A DNA stretch of 64,000 nt from Octopus vulgaris (Eukaryota). The first letter of the stretch is position 1, and each line of letters starts with the position of its first letter. Made by a program: the position numbers and the translations under genes. The stretch covers positions 79,484,001 to 79,548,000 of the forward strand of contig OX597831.1 of NCBI GenBank assembly GCA_951406725.2, read 5' to 3'. Positions 55,451 through 64,000 of this stretch are shown one piece after another. The notes beneath the pieces are model-generated. The model was not told the origin of the DNA. It ran no database searches and worked only from the letters and a program-made list of their open reading frames with translations.

Positions 55451-55585
55451 GCATACATACATACATACATACATACATGCATACACCATTATACATACAT
55501 ACAAGCCAGCATGCAACCATATATAATATTTACGTAGATCGACTCGTATTTGTCGTTGTCGGTATACACATATAAATATATGAAG

Positions 55586-56075
55586 AGGCGCAAGCGTGGC
55601 TGTATGGTGAAAAGCTTGCCTCCTAACCCAGGGTACCAGGTTCAGTCCCATTGCGTGACACCTTGAGCAAATGATTCTACTATAGCCTGAGGCGAGCCAA
55701 ACCTTTGTGAGTGGATTTGGTAGGCGGAAATTGAAAGAAAGCCGTCGTATGTGTGTATGTGTGTATTATGTATATTTATATATGTAATACAGTTCTACGT
55801 TTAAGAGATGAGGAATTATATACATTATTTACATTATTTACAATTGACGGATGTTTGTCCTGTGTCTGTGTCTGTATTTCTACCCCGCCCCCACGATCGC
55901 TTGACAACCGACGTTGGTGTGTTTACGTTCCCGTAACGTAGTGGTTCGGCAAAAGACACCGATAGATTAAGTACCAGGCTTGCAAAGAATGAGTCTTGGG
56001 GGGGGGGACGATTTCTTCGATTAAAAGGCGATGCTCCAGCATGACCGCAGCTCGATGATTGAAACGCAACAGAAT
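55586..56075 (+). mobile_element. SINE family A, older copy with an internal insertion
   Basis: Head aggcgcaagcgtggctgtatggt and the tail are present; 55787-55860 is a foreign fragment. Confidence 0.8.
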
Positions 56076-56930
56076 CATAGAATGAAAGAATATATCTCTA
56101 TGGACGTATGAGCAGGTTCCTTGCATCGCATATCGAACGCACAAACACATTCTTTTCACTCGTAAATTTACAACACATACACGAATACAGACGCACTCAT
56201 ATATACACACATATATACATGCGTATTAATATTTGATTATGATGTACTTATTCCAAAGGCTATTTTTTTGTTTGTTTTTTTTGCGGGGATTGATGGGAAA
56301 TTATGGTTTGATTGACTCCATGTCCGTATATTACATTGTATTACTGGTATTTTTTATACATCAAACTTGGTGTAATCAATCAGACAAAACCGATATTCTG
56401 TGCCTGTGTGTGTAAGTGTCAGAGGGCAAGTAAGTGTGTGTGTATGTATCAAAGGGCAAATAAGTCTGTTTGTGTGTGTGTGTGTTTGTGTATGCATATA
56501 TATGCATATGTATGCATGTATATGTGTATTAAATGTATATGAATACGTAGATAGTTAGGTATTTGCATACATACATATATACAAATATACGTACATACAC
56601 ATATACATACATACGTACGTGCATACATGCATACATACATAGATGCATAAATACATACATACATAAATATATACGTACATACATATATACATATGTACAT
56701 AGATAAACAGATACATATATATACATACATCATATATATGTGTATGTGTATATATATATACATATAAACATATATTTCCTAGAGACAGCGTATATCTATT
56801 ATCGTGGATACACTTGTACTAAAGTTCGCACTTAGTTTTTGCTAAATCGCTATACTCATGTGTGAGTATGTGTGCTTGTATATGCACACGTATCAATGTG
56901 CAAGCATGTTTGTGTGTGTGTATATCTATC

Positions 56931-56974
<44 letters not shown>

Positions 56975-57286
56975 CGTACATACGTATACGTACGCCCGTC
57001 CGTTGTTTATGTGTAGGTTTATATATATGTCACTGTCATTGTGTAACATAAGATGTCATTTTTACGCCCCTTCTAATAGGATTTGTTTTACCGCTGGTGA
57101 TTATAATGGCGTTTGATAAACGTCTGGTAGTAATCCTGATGAACTGGCCTGGCTTCACTCGTCATCAACTAGCAATCAAAAGCAATTATGAAGTCCGCAA
57201 AATACATTCATATAATAAATATACACGTTACATACATACATATACGTATATATATATATATATATATACATGTGTGCGCGTGTATA

Positions 57287-57333
<47 letters not shown>

Positions 57334-57670
57334 TATATATATATGTATGTATGTATGCATATATATTTATCTATGTATATACATGTGTGTGTATGCTTTT
57401 ACGTATATACTCACACTGTCAGTAATTGGAGCAATGATTGCGTGTGTATCTATCTATCTATATATTTATATATATACATATTTATATATATATACATATA
57501 TACATACACACATATATATATATATGGATTATATCCTCACATATATACACACACTGTTTGTAATTAGAGCAATGATCAGGATGATAAGCTACGCTATTCA
57601 TTCCGTCCAGACTAACAATTATGACAGACAAAAAAAATAAACATTGACTAACAACAACAACAACACCGAT

Positions 57671-57748
<78 letters not shown>

Positions 57749-57938
57749 AATGATAATAATAATAATAGATAAATAAATAAATCGTTATAAGAAAGTTACT
57801 ACAGGGACGGCTTTCAAGAAATAATGCTCACATCGTTGATCAGAAAGATCTATAAAGCCCGTTGTTTAAAAAAAAGATCTCATTCGTTGCATACATATAA
57901 ATGTATACATACATACATGCAAACATACATATGTATAA

Positions 57939-58011
<73 letters not shown>

Positions 58012-58443
58012 TATTTATATATCCATGCATTTCTATATTTTATTTGGTTATTTGTTTTATATATTTATTGGATTATTTGTCTTTAGCTTCTTTCTATTTC
58101 GTTTTCTACTATGTTTTCTTTGTTTAATCATTGTTGCGTTTTTGTTTTGTTTTTTTTTTTTATTCAAAAATTATTCGCTTCTATTTCTCCTTTCATATTC
58201 TTGTTGTCGCCTTTACATTAATCTCTTATTTATTAGTGTTTTTCTTTTAAACTCTGAATATTTAAATATTCTTACTATTATTATTATTAATGTATTACTA
58301 ACAAGTTACTAACTGTGCATAATATAAATATAGGAAAGGAACATTATCTTAATGACTCTGTAATATCATAAAATAAAATTAAATATATATATATATATAT
58401 GTGTGGGTGTGTGTCTATATATATATGTATATATATGTATGTG

Positions 58444-58591
<148 letters not shown>

Positions 58592-58635
58592 ATATATATG
58601 TATATATGTGTGTGTGTATGTCTGTGTTTGTGTAT

Positions 58636-58690
<55 letters not shown>

Positions 58691-59199
58691 GAATATTAAA
58701 ACATTATAAAGAGTAAAAATAAATGCAAATATTTTGTTTCCTAGTTATCTTTTGCCTCTACAACAACTGCTGCTGTTGTTTTTATTGTTGTTATTGCTGC
58801 TGTTGTTATTGTTATCTTATTTGGATATGAAGAATATTAACAATTTTAAAAAATATTAAACACGATTCCATGTACAGCAACCCCTTTTCATATCAATTCG
58901 AGTCTTTCCAAATGACAAATCGTTAAGTGGGGAAGCGCTAACCGATATAGCATTAAGTGAACGATCGTGAAATGAGAGTGTCGGTTACAAAGAAATAACG
59001 GGATAAACGACGGTGAAGTTTTCTCTTGAAACACACACAAGATAAGAAATATGTATAAGTACGATATAAAGCAGTAAAGAAGCAGCAAGGTTTCGTTACT
59101 CATTACTTGGGATTTGATTACAGCAGAGGTGCGTGGCCTGGTAGTTACAGTGTATATATATATATATACATATTTCAAAATTGTATAGAAAGCAAAATA

Positions 59200-59345
59200 G
59201 ACACAGGTGAGACGCAGGTGAGAAAAAGGTGAGAGGACAACAAACACGGTATATTAGTTTGACGCTCAGGAAAAATGAGAGTCTTTGACGTTTCGAAACT
59301 ACGCTCTTCTACAGAAGAGAACGGGGAGAGAAAGCAAATAGAAAA
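59200..59345 (-). repeat. Short repeat family H, diverged
   Basis: gtctttgacgtttcgaaactacgctcttctacagaag. Confidence 0.7.
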
Positions 59346-59374
59346 GGAAAGGAACAGGGAGAGACCAACGTATC

Positions 59375-59433
<59 letters not shown>

Positions 59434-59480
59434 AGAGAAACGGTAGAGAGGGAATATAAAATATCCGGGAATTTTATTGA

Positions 59481-59584
59481 TCACAACGATCGTTTCGACA
59501 CATCTTGCGTCACTCCCACGCGTATGGGGAACTGAACTATTGATTTCGTTGCATCCTACGGCGCAGAAACATCTCGTCAGTTGA
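59481..59584 (-). ncRNA. Hammerhead ribozyme motif, near-intact
   Basis: Minus strand tcaa-CTGACGA-gatgt...gtgtc-GAAAC-gatc-GTT-gtga; stem II is GU-rich and stem I has one mismatch. Confidence 0.6.
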
Positions 59585-59704
59585 GGAAATAATGTATGTC
59601 GTAACATAAACAATGTTTCGTCCGTTCGGATTCACTAAACCATGTTTTTAGTGGTTGTACCTAAAATACATTGAGAAGAAATGGCGCTATTTATATTCTG
59701 TTAT

Positions 59705-59911
59705 TCCTTTACTTGTTTCAGTCATTTGACTGAAGTCATGCTGGAGCACCGCCTTGAGTGGTTAGTTTTGTAAGGCTAGAACTTTTTTTTATCGATCTGT
59801 TTGCAGAACCGCTAAGTTACGGAGATGTAAACGCACAAGCATCAGCTGTCAAGCGATGGTGGCGGGGACAAACACAGACACAGACAAACAAATACACACA
59901 CACACATATAC

Positions 59912-59944
<33 letters not shown>

Positions 59945-59948
59945 TGTA

Positions 59949-60005
<57 letters not shown>

Positions 60006-60242
60006 GTGTGTGTATTATTGGCTAAACTGGCAAAATGACCATTCCTAAATACAACAATATATATATATATATATATACATATGACGGGCTTCTTTCAGTT
60101 TCTGTCTACCAAATCCACTCACAAGACTTTGATCTGCCCGAGACTATAGTAGAAGACACTTGCCCAAGGTGCCACACAGTGGGACTGAACTCGTAATCAT
60201 ATGGTTGGGAAGGAAGCTTCTTACGACACAGCCACGCCTGCG

Positions 60243-60245
<3 letters not shown>
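59705..60245 (-). mobile_element. SINE family A with an expanded internal microsatellite region
   Basis: Tail at 59705-59890 and head at 60080-60245 in the same orientation. Confidence 0.8.
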
Positions 60246-60283
<38 letters not shown>

Positions 60284-60466
60284 AACATTCTTTTCTTTGT
60301 GGTTAGATCGTAGGCGATCTTCTTCTAGCATATTGGATGTCCACTTAGTGGTCAACCCTTATTATACGCATGTATAACAATTTTTCTGAATTTTCAGATT
60401 TTCCTACAGGCTAGGCTACTGGTTTTAAATTGATGTTAATTAAAATAATAATCAATTTATCACCCT

Positions 60467-60510
<44 letters not shown>

Positions 60511-60657
60511 CACAAAGTAAGTTAGGGGTTATGGGTGTAACCCACTAAGGGATAGTATTTATCGAATATACTGTTGGTAAAGTACTCAGATTTTTAATGC
60601 ATAAATGTTTTTAATTGCAATGCAATTAACTTATTTATTGTATTAAACGGGTGAAGG

Positions 60658-60715
<58 letters not shown>

Positions 60716-61424
60716 GAGCTTTCACGTAGTTTCCATCGACCAAATCAGATTTAAGGTATTTGGTCGACCCGGAGATCTAGTAGATGTTACTTACCCAAGG
60801 GTGTAGCTCCCTGGGACCGAAGCCATATGGTTGCAAAGCTAGCTTCTTAATAGCACTACCGGGCATTTGTTTACGTTTTTCTTTACCTCTCTCTTTCCGA
60901 TAATATAAACCTTAGTATTCGTACATTTCTGCTATTTCAGTGAAACCGAATCTCTTCAGTGCTGCGTGACGGATAACCAAAGACACTAGCGCCTGTTCTT
61001 TATACCATATTACATGAAATTATTTAGTTTATAAAAGGATAAAAAGAGAGAAGGAAAGTTACAAAATGAATACCATTCGCTTGAGGCAAGTCATTGTAAT
61101 TCATATTGTTCCTACTTTATGTTTTATTGAAAGAGAAAAAGGAGGGAGAGTGGGGCGAGAGATTGAGGAGTGAATTCAATAGACACCCCCACACACAAAC
61201 ATATATAATATTGATGATGGCGACAAATTGAGAGCTCGGCTTTATTTACAACACTTGGTTCCTCGTTTAGCGAATTCAACGATTAATCCGTTGGAGTTCG
61301 ATCGGAGATGAGATTTCTTCTGTTTACTCGTTAGGTGATGCTGAGAAGTAATCACAGTTGCCTTCGTTTAATTGAATATATTCACAAACTACTGACGTCT
61401 CTCGCCCTCACACTTACCTCTCTC

Positions 61425-61487
<63 letters not shown>

Positions 61488-61517
61488 TATACCCGTATAT
61501 GTATGCATATATATGTA

Positions 61518-61566
<49 letters not shown>

Positions 61567-61808
61567 GCATGCATATGTGTATGTGTATATACATATACAT
61601 TTATATGTGCGTATTTATATATATGTATGTACATATGTATATACATGAAGATAAATTTTCTTTATTCATATATATAATTATATTTGTGTGTGTATATATA
61701 TATATATATATATACATATATATATACATACGCACATATATATTATATATGTATACATATATAAACACGCTTAAAGATTTGCATATTTCTGTATATGTTA
61801 GCGTATGC

Positions 61809-61879
<71 letters not shown>

Positions 61880-62765
61880 TGTATGTGTGTATGTATGTAT
61901 GTATATATGTATGTATGTATGCATGTATGTAGGTATGAATATGTACGTGAGTATGTATTGTATGTACGTATGTATATGTATGCATGTGCATGGATGATGA
62001 TGGATATGTTTGCATACAAAAAATTTTACTGTTTGTTAAGAAACTTGACACAACTGCTTTTCGTAAATTATGGCACGTGAGAAAGCAGAAGAAATGGCGC
62101 GTGAGAAAGTGAAAATCAAAGAGAAAAAAGATTTAGAGATACAGACAAATAGAAAAAAAGGACAAAAAAAAACAAAGAAAAATAACATAGAGAAGAGCAA
62201 GGGATTTAACTTAGTGTTTTATTCTGATGAACAGATAAAAAGCAATAGACAATAAAATGGCGCAATTCAGCTTTCTTTTCCATTAACATTATATATATAT
62301 ACATTCAAAGACAGATTCACTTGCATACGCGGAGACTCACTTGCACACACATAGACTCCTTTACACGCACAACACATACACACATATATAAATCACTAGT
62401 TTATATACACGGTTACATTCCCTCTGAGCAAATGAACTTATCGCACCGGATTTAGTAACCGAAACAGGAAATTGTGTTACCATACTTTGCAGACAAATCA
62501 CCTACGTAGTGACTTTCTTTCACCGCTTTGTCCTTCGCTTCTTATTCTTTGTCTCGTCCCCCACCCCACCCCACCATCATACAACCGCCACACCTCCACT
62601 ACCATTACACAACCACCATACCAATCGCACCGTTAGCAACACTGATGCTATTATACTAGTGAAATATCGTAACCATCGCACCATGGAATCATTACACTCA
62701 CGCTATTATTAAATTACTTGCGGAACTAAACACCGTTAGATAGATTAGTAGATAGATAGACAGAC

Positions 62766-62832
<67 letters not shown>

Positions 62833-62870
62833 CAGACAGATAGAGAGAGAGAGACACATATATACATAGA

Positions 62871-62919
<49 letters not shown>

Positions 62920-63103
62920 TCATGGAGTGACAGGCATTGATAGATAATTAGACACGAATAAGGATGTTAAGATACAAAGAAAGGATCTTTTAGATCAGTA
63001 GAGTTAAAGACGAAATTTATGTAATGTAATATATGCATGTGTGCTTTTGTGTACGTCTGGGAATGCGTGTGTATGCGTACGTGTGTGTGTGTTTGTGCTT
63101 GTG

Positions 63104-63136
<33 letters not shown>

Positions 63137-63334
63137 TTATACACACGCTTGGTCAAGTAGGGAGAACAGGAAAAACAAATAATGGAATGCAGTGTGAGTA
63201 AATCAGGTTTTCAATTGATGTTTGGAAGTAGCCGACGGGTAAACGAATTGTTGAACATCGCTGTTTGTGCTCGCATCATTTTTCGCGTTTTACTCTCTTC
63301 TCCTCTTCCTTTTTTTCCCTCTTAACACTACCAA

Positions 63335-64000
<666 letters not shown>

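Overview
Eukaryotic, AT-rich, microsatellite-saturated DNA, most likely intron or intergenic sequence of a coleoid cephalopod. The interspersed repeats look like Octopus SINE families; this is recalled from memory, not searched. Almost every ORF in the supplied track is a translation of simple repeats or SINEs. There is no intact gene; the only host-gene candidate is a short possible terminal coding exon (10502-10626, minus). Recognisable repeats: at least four SINE-like families, decayed CR1-group LINE pieces, RLE-type (R4/Dong-like) LINE 3' ends lined up in (TAA)n tracts, three Tc1/mariner transposase fossils, several MITEs and foldbacks, and a non-autonomous Helitron nested in a CR1 copy and itself carrying a SINE. 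The least expected signal is RNA-structural. Five type-I hammerhead ribozyme motifs of Penelope/retrozyme style retain the canonical CUGANGA...GAAAC core (two fully paired, three with stem mismatches). An eight-copy short repeat carries a 36-nt minimal hammerhead with a non-canonical core, and one hammerhead-like motif sits at the apex of a ~317-bp foldback. Coordinates were read by eye and may be off by a few bases.
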